Below are positions 23,513 to 31,366 of a stretch of DNA of 64,000 nucleotides, one piece after another. The notes below the pieces were generated by a model. It was not told where the DNA came from and did no database searches. It worked only from the letters and a program-made list of their open reading frames with translations. The translations under genes were made by a program, and so were the position numbers. Position 1 is the stretch's first letter. Each line of letters opens with the position of its first letter. The stretch spans positions 224,001 to 288,000 of the forward strand of contig CBDUPA010000004.1 of the NCBI GenBank assembly GCA_965368975.1. The letters are read 5' to 3'. Source of the stretch: an uncultured bacterium. Lineage in GTDB: Bacteria > Acidobacteriota > Thermoanaerobaculia > Multivoradales > JAHZIX01.

Positions 23513-25930
23513 TTGAGTGAGCAGCTGTCGCAGTCCATCCATCCGGTAGCTCCGGAAGCCCGGCTTGCCGCCGCCAACGGCGGTGAGCAAGGGCAGAGGT
23601 TTGCCCGTTTCTGGCAACGCTATGCCAACGATCTGTACCAGAACTGCCTGCGCTGGATGAGCGGCCGGCACGAGGACGCCGAAGAAGCGTTCAGCCGTGC
23701 CGGCATGGCCGCGTACAGCCACTACGAAAACGCTGCTGATGGCCTGATCAGCGAGCGTGCCTGGTTGCTGCGACTGGGCCACAACGCTTGTATGGATGTC
23801 CATCGCGAGCGCAAGCGCAAGCGCGAGAGCAGTCTCGACGAGATGGAAGACAGGGGCTCGGTGCTGCACGACGGCTTGATCACCGGCCGTGGCAAGAGTC
23901 CAGAGATGCAGGCACTGCGGCGCGAGCTGCGCAGCTATTTGCACTGGTGCATCGGCCAGCTGCCAAGTCGTCTACGAGATCCGATGGCGCTGCACGTGTT
24001 CAAGGAGATGCCCTACCGCGAGATCGCCGACACGCTCCGTCTCACAGAGGTCAACGTGCGCAAGCGCATGCAGGAGGCCAAGCAGGCGTTGCGCCCGAAA
24101 CTCGAGGCCTACCTCGACGGCTCGGTCGATGCGGTCCAATTGCTGCGCCGGCAGACCTTGGGCGATGGCATGGCGGAGGCGAGCAAGGCCTGGTTACCCG
24201 ACGCTCCGAGCATGCCGCGCCGTCGCTGTCTACTGCCCGGTATGCGGCTCTTGCCGCCCAACCCGGCGAGCTTCCCGAGCAGCACCACGACGCCGATGCA
24301 GACCGGCAGTTCCTCGGGCATTCACGGCAGCCAGTCGGGTATCCACAGCGTAGATGCCGCCGGTGCCTATGGTGGCGGTCAGCCGGCCTGGCGCGAGGAA
24401 ACGGTTCTGCTGCACGTGCAAGAAGTGCGGCGTCCCGAGAGCCGTCAGCAACGCCTGATGGAGTATGTGCAGCGGCATCCCACGGGCTGGAAGAAGCGCC
24501 TCGAGCTGGCTCGCGTCTATCGCCAGTTGGGGCTCGGTGAGGCGGCCCGCGAGCAGTATCGTCACGTGGTCGAGCGGCAAGAGCGGCGGCTCGAAGTGTG
24601 GATCGAGCTCGCCGAAACGGAGCTCGAGCTCGGCGATCCGGCAGAGGCTGGGCGGGTACTCCGTCGTGCCCGTCGACGCGTGTCCATGGACAGCGCGATG
24701 GAGCGTCACGTGGTGGGGTTGGAGGCGTTGTGTACGGGCCGCTGGGACGAGGCGGCAGAGGCCTTCCGCTGCTCCGCGCAGGAGCAGCCAGAAGCGCTGG
24801 CGCACCACCTGGCGATGGCGCGCAGTCTGGACCGAGCGGGGAGTACTCTGGAGGCGGCAGCGGCCTTCGACGCGGCGTTGAGCCTCGACCCGGACGATAT
24901 GCCGTCCCTGGTGCTGAGCTACTCGTCGCTGTGCCTGGTGGGGCGTCGTCTGGAGGCACGGCTCCGCCTGGAGCGCGCGCTGGAGATCGACAAACGCAAC
25001 CCGCTGGCCCTCGCCTTGTGGATCGAAGACCTGTGCCTCTCCGGTCGCCTCGACGGTGACGACGATCTGCTCCTGAGTCGACGCTTGCGACGCCTGGAGC
25101 GTCTGCTGCCCGAGTGGACGGGCACCATGCTGTGCCGAGCCTTGTGCGCACGTGCGCGTGGCCGACGGCTGGCGCTCGAAGATGAACTGCGCGGACATGT
25201 CGAGCGCCATCCCGGGGACGCCGAGGGTTGGCGCCGGTATGCCCGCCTGTGCGACTTGCTCGACCAGCCGCGGGAAGCGGCGCAAGCCCTGCTGCGCGTC
25301 TACCACCTCGATCCCTACGATCCGGACGGCTACCTGTTGGCCAGTCGGGTGCTGGCGCAGACCGGCCACGAGGTGCTGGTGCTGGAGTGGAGCGACCGCA
25401 TGGTCGAGCGTTGGACCGACCACTGGCAAGTGCTGTTGGCTACGGCGCACCTGTGGCTCGACGAGGCCTCGACCACCAGCGCGGCCTTGTGGTTGGCGGA
25501 GCGCTGCGTCCAGCGCCAGCCGGACCTGGCGGCACCGCACCTGGGTCGCGGTCGGTTGCTCGCCGAACTGGGGTTGATGGCCGAAGCCATCGAGTCACTC
25601 GAGCGTGGCTGGGAGCTGCTTCCCACGAGTGATGGCTTCGAGCAGAGCACGCCGGCCGCGCTGTCCCTGGCGGAAGCAGCCGGCTGGCATGGTGACGCCG
25701 CCGCACGACGTGTCTGGCTGCGCGTCGCACTCGAGCACGCGCAGGCGCTGACCACCCAGGCACCATCGCAAGGATGGAACTTCCAGGGCCGTGCTTACGA
25801 GGCGATGGGGAATACGGCGAGCGCGCTCGAGGCCTATCGCCAGGCGCTCAGCCGGGCACCCGCGGGTTGGCACCAGCGTCGACTGGAAGCCGCGCTCGAC
25901 CGCCTGGCGGCCAATCAGAATGGCAGCTGA
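23513..25930 (+). CDS. ECF-type sigma-70 factor with long C-terminal TPR extension
   Basis: Region 2 (DAEEAF...AWLLRLGHNACMD), region 4 HTH (MPYREIADTLRLTEVNVRKR), then about 500 aa of TPR-like helices. Confidence 0.85.
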   Translation: MSEQLSQSIHPVAPEARLAAANGGEQGQRFARFWQRYANDLYQNCLRWMSGRHEDAEEAFSRAGMAAYSHYENAADGLISERAWLLRLGHNACMDVHRERKRKRESSLDEMEDRGSVLHDGLITGRGKSPEMQALRRELRSYLHWCIGQLPSRLRDPMALHVFKEMPYREIADTLRLTEVNVRKRMQEAKQALRPKLEAYLDGSVDAVQLLRRQTLGDGMAEASKAWLPDAPSMPRRRCLLPGMRLLPPNPASFPSSTTTPMQTGSSSGIHGSQSGIHSVDAAGAYGGGQPAWREETVLLHVQEVRRPESRQQRLMEYVQRHPTGWKKRLELARVYRQLGLGEAAREQYRHVVERQERRLEVWIELAETELELGDPAEAGRVLRRARRRVSMDSAMERHVVGLEALCTGRWDEAAEAFRCSAQEQPEALAHHLAMARSLDRAGSTLEAAAAFDAALSLDPDDMPSLVLSYSSLCLVGRRLEARLRLERALEIDKRNPLALALWIEDLCLSGRLDGDDDLLLSRRLRRLERLLPEWTGTMLCRALCARARGRRLALEDELRGHVERHPGDAEGWRRYARLCDLLDQPREAAQALLRVYHLDPYDPDGYLLASRVLAQTGHEVLVLEWSDRMVERWTDHWQVLLATAHLWLDEASTTSAALWLAERCVQRQPDLAAPHLGRGRLLAELGLMAEAIESLERGWELLPTSDGFEQSTPAALSLAEAAGWHGDAAARRVWLRVALEHAQALTTQAPSQGWNFQGRAYEAMGNTASALEAYRQALSRAPAGWHQRRLEAALDRLAANQNGS

Positions 25931-26978
25931 GCGTGGTAAAGTTCCAAGGGTGGAGTCGCTCAACACCCTGCCGCAGATCCGGGTACTACCGGAGGATTTC
26001 GAGGTCGAGGAGGTCGCTCGTTTGGAGCCCTCTGGCGAAGGGGAGCACGCGTATCTGTGGATCGAGAAGCGGCTGAGGAACTCCGAAGAGGTTCTCCAGC
26101 AGCTGGCAGCTGCGACCGGCCGTGAGTTGTGGCAGATCGGCTACGCGGGACGTAAGGATCGGCGTGCCGTGACGCGGCAGTGGTTCTCGGTGCCTGGCTT
26201 GGACCCGGACACGGCGCTGGCTCTCGAGTTGGAGGGCGCGCGCGTTCTGCGAGCCGAGCGTCACCAGCACAAGCTACGTACCGGCATGCTCAACGGCAAT
26301 CGTTTCCGCATCCGTGTGCGGGCTGTGGACGAGCAGCGCGCGCGGCAAGCTCGGGGCCGGCTGGCCGAGATCGTCGAGACTGGCATGCCCAATCGCTTTG
26401 GTCGTCAGCGCTTCGGCCGTGATGGCGGCAACGTGCGCCTGGGACTCGGCGTGCTCACCGGTGAACGCCAGCAGAGGCACAAGCGGAAGCAGTGGTTGAT
26501 GGTGTCGGCAATCCAGTCGGCGGTGTTCAACCGGGTGCTTGAGCTGCGGCCGGCGCGGGTCGAGCAGGTTCTGGCAGGCGAGGTAGCGATCGAGCACTCG
26601 ACCGGCTGGGAGTTCTGGGTCGAAGACCTGGAGCGTGAGAAGGCACGGGCGGAGCGCTTCCAGATCAGCGCTGCCGGACCGCTGTTCGGCTTCAAAGTGC
26701 GTCGACCGCACGGCGTGATGGCTGAAGTCGAGCGCAGAGCCCAGGCCGATCTGGGTGTTCCTTCCTTGGCCGAACTGAGCCTGCCCAAGGGGCTACGGTT
26801 GCCCGGAGAGCGACGGCCGTTGCGAGCGCGGGTCAGCGTTGGTGAGGCCGAGTATCTGGCTGCGGAAGAGATCTTGGACTTGCATTTCGAGCTACCTCCC
26901 GGTAGCTATGCCACAGTGTTACTGGAAGAGTTGTTCCCTGGCGGTTACCGTGAGGGGGACTCGGATTTCATTGAGTAG
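25920..26978 (+). CDS. truD: tRNA pseudouridine(13) synthase
   Basis: PEDFEVEE, YAGRKDRRAVTRQW, GNRF, PNRFGRQRFG and LPPGSYAT. ATG 25920 lies inside the 3' end of the sigma gene. Confidence 0.93.
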   Translation: MAAERGKVPRVESLNTLPQIRVLPEDFEVEEVARLEPSGEGEHAYLWIEKRLRNSEEVLQQLAAATGRELWQIGYAGRKDRRAVTRQWFSVPGLDPDTALALELEGARVLRAERHQHKLRTGMLNGNRFRIRVRAVDEQRARQARGRLAEIVETGMPNRFGRQRFGRDGGNVRLGLGVLTGERQQRHKRKQWLMVSAIQSAVFNRVLELRPARVEQVLAGEVAIEHSTGWEFWVEDLEREKARAERFQISAAGPLFGFKVRRPHGVMAEVERRAQADLGVPSLAELSLPKGLRLPGERRPLRARVSVGEAEYLAAEEILDLHFELPPGSYATVLLEELFPGGYREGDSDFIE

Positions 26979-27000
26979 GTTCTCCCGGAGGAGGTGACGG

Positions 27001-27189
27001 ATGCGAAACCCGAAACAGGCGGCTTTGGAGGCAATCCAGCAGCTACCGGATGACTGCAGTGTCGAGGATGTGCTGTACCAGATCTATTTGCTGACGCAGG
27101 TCATGCAAGGCCTGCAGCAAGCTCAGGTGGGTGAGAAGGTGAGCCGCGAGCAACTGCTGGCCCATCTAGAAGAAGGCCCGCGGAACTGA
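27001..27189 (+). CDS. Small protein resembling antitoxins encoded upstream of RelE/ParE toxins
   Basis: Strong SD (GGAGGAGG); LPDDCSVEDVLYQIY...GL...G..VSREQ pattern. Confidence 0.6.
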   Translation: MRNPKQAALEAIQQLPDDCSVEDVLYQIYLLTQVMQGLQQAQVGEKVSREQLLAHLEEGPRN

Positions 27190-27243
27190 AGCTCCGCGGG
27201 CTCTGCCTTTCACGGTAGGGGGCGACTCGGTCGATGCTGGCCG

Positions 27244-29727
27244 CTACTCTTGCCGTAATGTGATCGATGGCTCGATGCGGATGGCACGGAGCGCCGGCAC
27301 GAGGCTGGCAGCCAGGGTGATCAGGAGCAGCACCGAGATACCGGCACCCAGCAGCATCGGGTCGAGCAGGCTCTCGGTGGAGATCGGCAGCGGCGAACGC
27401 TCGAGCAGGCGCTGGATATCCGAGCTACCCAGCGTGGCACCAGCGAAGGTGAGGCCGATGATGATGCCGATGCCGGCCAGCGTCAGGGCTCGACCGACGA
27501 CCAGCTTGAGAATCCTGCCGGTGTCCGCGCCCATCGCCATGCGGATGCCGATCTCGCGCGTGCGTTGCGTCACGGTGTAGGAAATGACGCCGTAGATACC
27601 GATCGCCGCCAGCAGCACCGCCAGGCAGGCGAACAAGGTCATCAGCAGCACGAGGAAGCGGTCGCTGGCCACCTGCTCATCGAGGCGGTCGCTCATCGTG
27701 CGGGCATCGAACAACGGCAAGTCAGGGGCGATGGAGCGCAGTGCCTCGCGTAGAGGTGCCTGCAGCTGTAGAGCGTCGCGGTTGCCTTCCGGCCGCGCCA
27801 GGATGTTGATCTGAGGCGGCGTGTTGGGCGGGAACTGGAACATGGCGATGTAGAGATCGGGTGCCGGGCGCTCATCGCCGCGGAAACCCTCGTGGCGGAC
27901 GTGGCCGACGATGCCTTCGACCGACATCCAGGGGGCCCCTGACTCGGGGCCGCCGAACTTCAGGCGCTTTCCCCTGGCGTTGTCGTTGGGCCACAGCAGC
28001 TTGGCCAGTCGATCGCTGATCACGACCGGTGGCTGCGGTGACGGGCCGGCGTCCTCGGGCAGGAAGTCGCGACCCTCGATCTTCTTGATACCCAGAGTCG
28101 AGAAGTAGCCCGGTGTGACCGTGTGGTAGGGGATCTCGATCGGCCCGTTCTCTTCTTGCCCCTCGATGGTGAACTGCGAGCTGTTCCATGGGTCGGTCGG
28201 CATGTCCGGGCCGGTCAGTGCCAGTTCGCTGATGCCCGGAACCTGGTTCAGCTCTTGTGCCAGTCGCTGCGCCAGTTCGACGCGGGCTGGCGGTGCCTCG
28301 TACTTCTTTGCCTTGACGTCGACGCGAGCGGTGAACAGGTTGTTTGGCTGGAACCCGAGATCGGTGTTGCGCAGTTCCTGAAAACTCTTGAACAGCAGTC
28401 CGGCACCCAGGCACAGCAGCAACGCCAGGACTACCTGGGTCACGACCAGGCCGTTCTGTAGCAGATGCTGCCCCGAGCCGCCGGAACTCTTGGTGCCTTC
28501 CTTGAGTACCTCTTGTAGGTTGGCGCGCGACGACAGCAGTGCCGGTACCAGGCCGAAGCCGATGCCGCACAGCAGTGCGATACCGATGATCACCAGGATC
28601 ACCAGGCGGTCGGTCGACGGATCCATGAAGCCTCGCAGGTCGACGTCACTGAGTGCCACCAGGCGGGAGGTCAGCAGCGTGCTCAGCACGAGGCCGAGGA
28701 CACAGCCCACGATCGACAGCAAGACGCTCTCGGTGAGCAGCTGGCGGATCAGGCGTCCGCGGCCGGCACCCACCGCGGCGCGCAGGGCGATCTCGCGCTG
28801 GCGGGCGGTGGCGCGGGCCAGCAGCAGGTTGGCGATGTTGGTGCAGGCGATCAGCAGTACCAGTCCGGCACCCGCCAACAAGGTCCAGAGAGCGCCGCGC
28901 AGGCCGCCGCGCCAGCTGTCTGACAGCGGATCCAGCTCGACACCGATGCCGGTGTTGAACTGCGGGTGTTGCTCGGATAGCGCGTGCGTCACGGAGTCCA
29001 TGTTGGCCTGTGCTTGCGCCAGACTGACGCCGTCCTTCATGCGAGCGACGGCATTGAGCCAGCGAAACGGCCGCAGGGTGATGTAGGGCTCCATGTACAT
29101 GTGCGCCGCGAGCGTCACCGGCAGGAAAATCTGGGCGCCGTCGGTCATGCCCTTGAAGCCGGGCGGCATCACGCCGATCACCTGATAGCTCTCGTCTTCG
29201 AGGATCAATGTGTTGTTGATCAGATCCTCGTCGCCGCCGAAGCGACTCTGCCAGAAGTCGTGGGACAAGATCATGACCCGGTGCGGGCCGGGCATGGTGT
29301 CCTCTTCCGCGGTGAACAGGCGTCCGCGAGCCGGCTGCACGCCGAGTAGCTGGAAGAGGTTCCAGCTACTCATCTCGCCCTGGATGCGCTCCGGCTCGCC
29401 ATCGGTGACCAGGGTGTAGGAGCGCAGCTGAGTGTGCACGGCCACTTCGTCGAAGACGTCGTTCTGCAGCTGCCAGTCAGTGAAGTCCAGATGGCCGATC
29501 GGCCAGTCCTGGACCTCGGGACCATCAGTCTTGACGCTACGCACGATCACCAGCTCTTCAGCCTCCGGATACGGCAAGGAGGACAGCAGGACGGCGTTGA
29601 CGACGCTGAAGATGGAGCTGGTAGCACCGATGCCCAGTGCCAGCGTGAAGATCGCCACCAGCGTGAAGCCGGGCGTCTTGAGCATCGAGCGGAGGCCGAA
29701 GCGAATGTCTTGCAGCAGAGTTTCCAT
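27244..29727 (-). CDS. ADOP (acidobacterial duplicated orphan permease), MacB/FtsX-type ABC permease
   Basis: LQDIRFGLRSMLKTPGFT, LLIACTNIANLLLAR, REIALRAAVGA and QRTREIGIRMAMGA; duplicated architecture. Confidence 0.92.
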   Translation of the reverse strand: METLLQDIRFGLRSMLKTPGFTLVAIFTLALGIGATSSIFSVVNAVLLSSLPYPEAEELVIVRSVKTDGPEVQDWPIGHLDFTDWQLQNDVFDEVAVHTQLRSYTLVTDGEPERIQGEMSSWNLFQLLGVQPARGRLFTAEEDTMPGPHRVMILSHDFWQSRFGGDEDLINNTLILEDESYQVIGVMPPGFKGMTDGAQIFLPVTLAAHMYMEPYITLRPFRWLNAVARMKDGVSLAQAQANMDSVTHALSEQHPQFNTGIGVELDPLSDSWRGGLRGALWTLLAGAGLVLLIACTNIANLLLARATARQREIALRAAVGAGRGRLIRQLLTESVLLSIVGCVLGLVLSTLLTSRLVALSDVDLRGFMDPSTDRLVILVIIGIALLCGIGFGLVPALLSSRANLQEVLKEGTKSSGGSGQHLLQNGLVVTQVVLALLLCLGAGLLFKSFQELRNTDLGFQPNNLFTARVDVKAKKYEAPPARVELAQRLAQELNQVPGISELALTGPDMPTDPWNSSQFTIEGQEENGPIEIPYHTVTPGYFSTLGIKKIEGRDFLPEDAGPSPQPPVVISDRLAKLLWPNDNARGKRLKFGGPESGAPWMSVEGIVGHVRHEGFRGDERPAPDLYIAMFQFPPNTPPQINILARPEGNRDALQLQAPLREALRSIAPDLPLFDARTMSDRLDEQVASDRFLVLLMTLFACLAVLLAAIGIYGVISYTVTQRTREIGIRMAMGADTGRILKLVVGRALTLAGIGIIIGLTFAGATLGSSDIQRLLERSPLPISTESLLDPMLLGAGISVLLLITLAASLVPALRAIRIEPSITLRQE

Positions 29728-30197
29728 CAAGCGCCTCCCTTACCGAACAAACCCGCGAGTCCCATCTTGATCAAGCCCCAAGGTGTTGGCTGCGGCGGCG
29801 GATCGACCGGGCAGAACCAGTCGCGGTGGAACTTCCAGCGCCCGTCTTCCTTCTTGACCACCAGCAGATACTTGCCGCTCATCGTGGCGACAGGGTTGCC
29901 GCCGCCGTCGAGGATCGTCTGGTGAAAGGTACCGCGCATAAAGCCCCAGTCGCCAGCTACCTCGACCTCCTCGACCTCTGTCTTCAGGGTCGACCGCATC
30001 TGCTGGAAGACGGCGCCGTAGTGGGCTTCGATGGTGCCGCGGCCGACGGTGGGTGGCCGGAACGGGCCCATCAAGATCGCATCCTCGGTGTACTGCGAAG
30101 CCAGGGCCGTGGCGTCGCTGTTGGCGAAGGCCTCGGCGATCCGGTCTTCGATGGCGGCGATCTCTCTCTTGTCTTCAGTGTCGAGAATCTCGGACAT
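29727..30197 (-). CDS. NTF2-like/SnoaL (DUF4440, SgcJ/EcaC-like) protein
   Basis: YTEDAILM...GRGTI...GDWG...GKYL.V.KK.DG.WK; SD GAGGAGG. TGATG overlap with the ADOP gene. Confidence 0.8.
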   Translation of the reverse strand: MSEILDTEDKREIAAIEDRIAEAFANSDATALASQYTEDAILMGPFRPPTVGRGTIEAHYGAVFQQMRSTLKTEVEEVEVAGDWGFMRGTFHQTILDGGGNPVATMSGKYLLVVKKEDGRWKFHRDWFCPVDPPPQPTPWGLIKMGLAGLFGKGGA

Positions 30198-30271
30198 GGG
30201 CAAGGCCTCCTCGGAAATACAGACGATCAGTCGGGACGAACGGAACCCGTAGAATCCATGCAGTCGGCCGC

Positions 30272-30310
30272 ATTATACTCAGTGCCACCGCACTGAGTAC
30301 CGCACTGAGT
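30272..30310 (-). promoter_or_regulatory. Perfect -10 TATAAT (minus strand) overlapped by a 10-bp inverted repeat and a 12-bp direct repeat; putative operator
   Basis: ATTATA at 30272-77; TACTCAGTGC-CACC-GCACTGAGTA at 30276-30299; ACCGCACTGAGT x2 at 30287-30310. Confidence 0.55.
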
Positions 30311-30352
30311 GCAGCACTTGGCCCTTGGTGGGCTGTAGCACTGGTGTCCGCT

Positions 30353-30384
30353 TCTGAACAGCGCGATCTGAACAGCGCGATCTG
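30353..30384 (+). repeat. 14-bp tandem repeat TCTGAACAGCGCGA x2 plus TCTG
   Basis: Read directly, upstream of the ypfJ-like gene. Confidence 0.85.
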
Positions 30385-30411
30385 GCGGGCTGGGCACCGA
30401 AGGAGAGACCT

Positions 30412-31287
30412 ATGCGCTGGAGAGGCCGCCGTGTGAGCGCCAACGTCGAAGACCGCCGTAGCCGTGGAGGCCGGCGTCCTGGGCGCCGCGTCGCCGCTGG
30501 GGGATGTGGCACGATTGTGTTGGTCTTGGTGATCTCGATGCTCACGGGTACCGATCCGCTGCAGCTGCTGCAGCTGGTGGGCACACAGGGGCCGGAGCCG
30601 GCCGCACCGGGAGCGTCCGCGCCGTCGCTGGATCAGGCGCGACAGGACGAGCTGGCACAGTTCGTCGGTGTCGTCTTGGCGGACACCGAAGACACCTGGG
30701 GCCGCGTGTTCCCCGAGCTCCTCGGGCGGCAGTACCAGCAACCGCAGCTGGTCCTGTTCACGGGTCAGGTGCGCTCTGCGTGTGGCATGAGTTCGGCCGC
30801 GGTGGGTCCTTTCTACTGTCCAGGTGACCGCAAGGTCTACATCGACCTGAGCTTCTTCGATGACCTCGACCGCCGCTTCGGTGCTCCCGGCGATTTCGCC
30901 CAGGCCTATGTCGTCGCCCACGAGGTCGGTCACCACCTGCAGACCCTGCTCGGGATCTCGCAGCAAGTCCGGCAGCAGCAGCAGCGCATGTCGCAGGCAC
31001 AGGCCAATCAGCTCAGCGTGCGCCTGGAACTGCAGGCCGACTGCCTTGCCGGCGTCTGGGGCCACCACGCCAATCGCCGCAACCTGCTCGAAGAGGGCGA
31101 CGTCCAGGAAGGCATGGCCGCCGCTGCCGCCATCGGCGATGACCGCCTGCAGCGTCAGAGCGGCGGTTGGGTGCAGCCCGAGTCCTGGACCCACGGCTCG
31201 TCCGAGCAGCGCCAGCGCTGGCTGCGCCTGGGCCTGCAGACCGGAGACCCGAACCGCTGCGACACCTTCCAGACGGATCGGTTGTAG
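30412..31287 (+). CDS. YpfJ-like neutral zinc metallopeptidase
   Basis: MRWRGRR.S.NVEDRR, GPFYCP.D, AHEVGHH, ELQADC, IGDD and THGSS..R motifs. Confidence 0.92.
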   Translation: MRWRGRRVSANVEDRRSRGGRRPGRRVAAGGCGTIVLVLVISMLTGTDPLQLLQLVGTQGPEPAAPGASAPSLDQARQDELAQFVGVVLADTEDTWGRVFPELLGRQYQQPQLVLFTGQVRSACGMSSAAVGPFYCPGDRKVYIDLSFFDDLDRRFGAPGDFAQAYVVAHEVGHHLQTLLGISQQVRQQQQRMSQAQANQLSVRLELQADCLAGVWGHHANRRNLLEEGDVQEGMAAAAAIGDDRLQRQSGGWVQPESWTHGSSEQRQRWLRLGLQTGDPNRCDTFQTDRL

Positions 31288-31317
31288 GTTCTCGTCACAG
31301 CCTGGAGGTCGATTCTG

Positions 31318-31356
31318 ACCATGCAGATTGCAAGTTGAGCTTGCAATCTGCATGGT
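31318..31356. terminator. Perfect 17-bp inverted repeat between convergent genes (probable bidirectional terminator)
   Basis: ACCATGCAGATTGCAAG-TTGAG-CTTGCAATCTGCATGGT. Confidence 0.7.
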
Positions 31357-31366
31357 TGAGGGGTTG

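Noticed and set aside
30276-30384. Repeats as a mini-CRISPR array
   Set aside because: Units are 12-14 bp with no spacers, and no cas genes are present.
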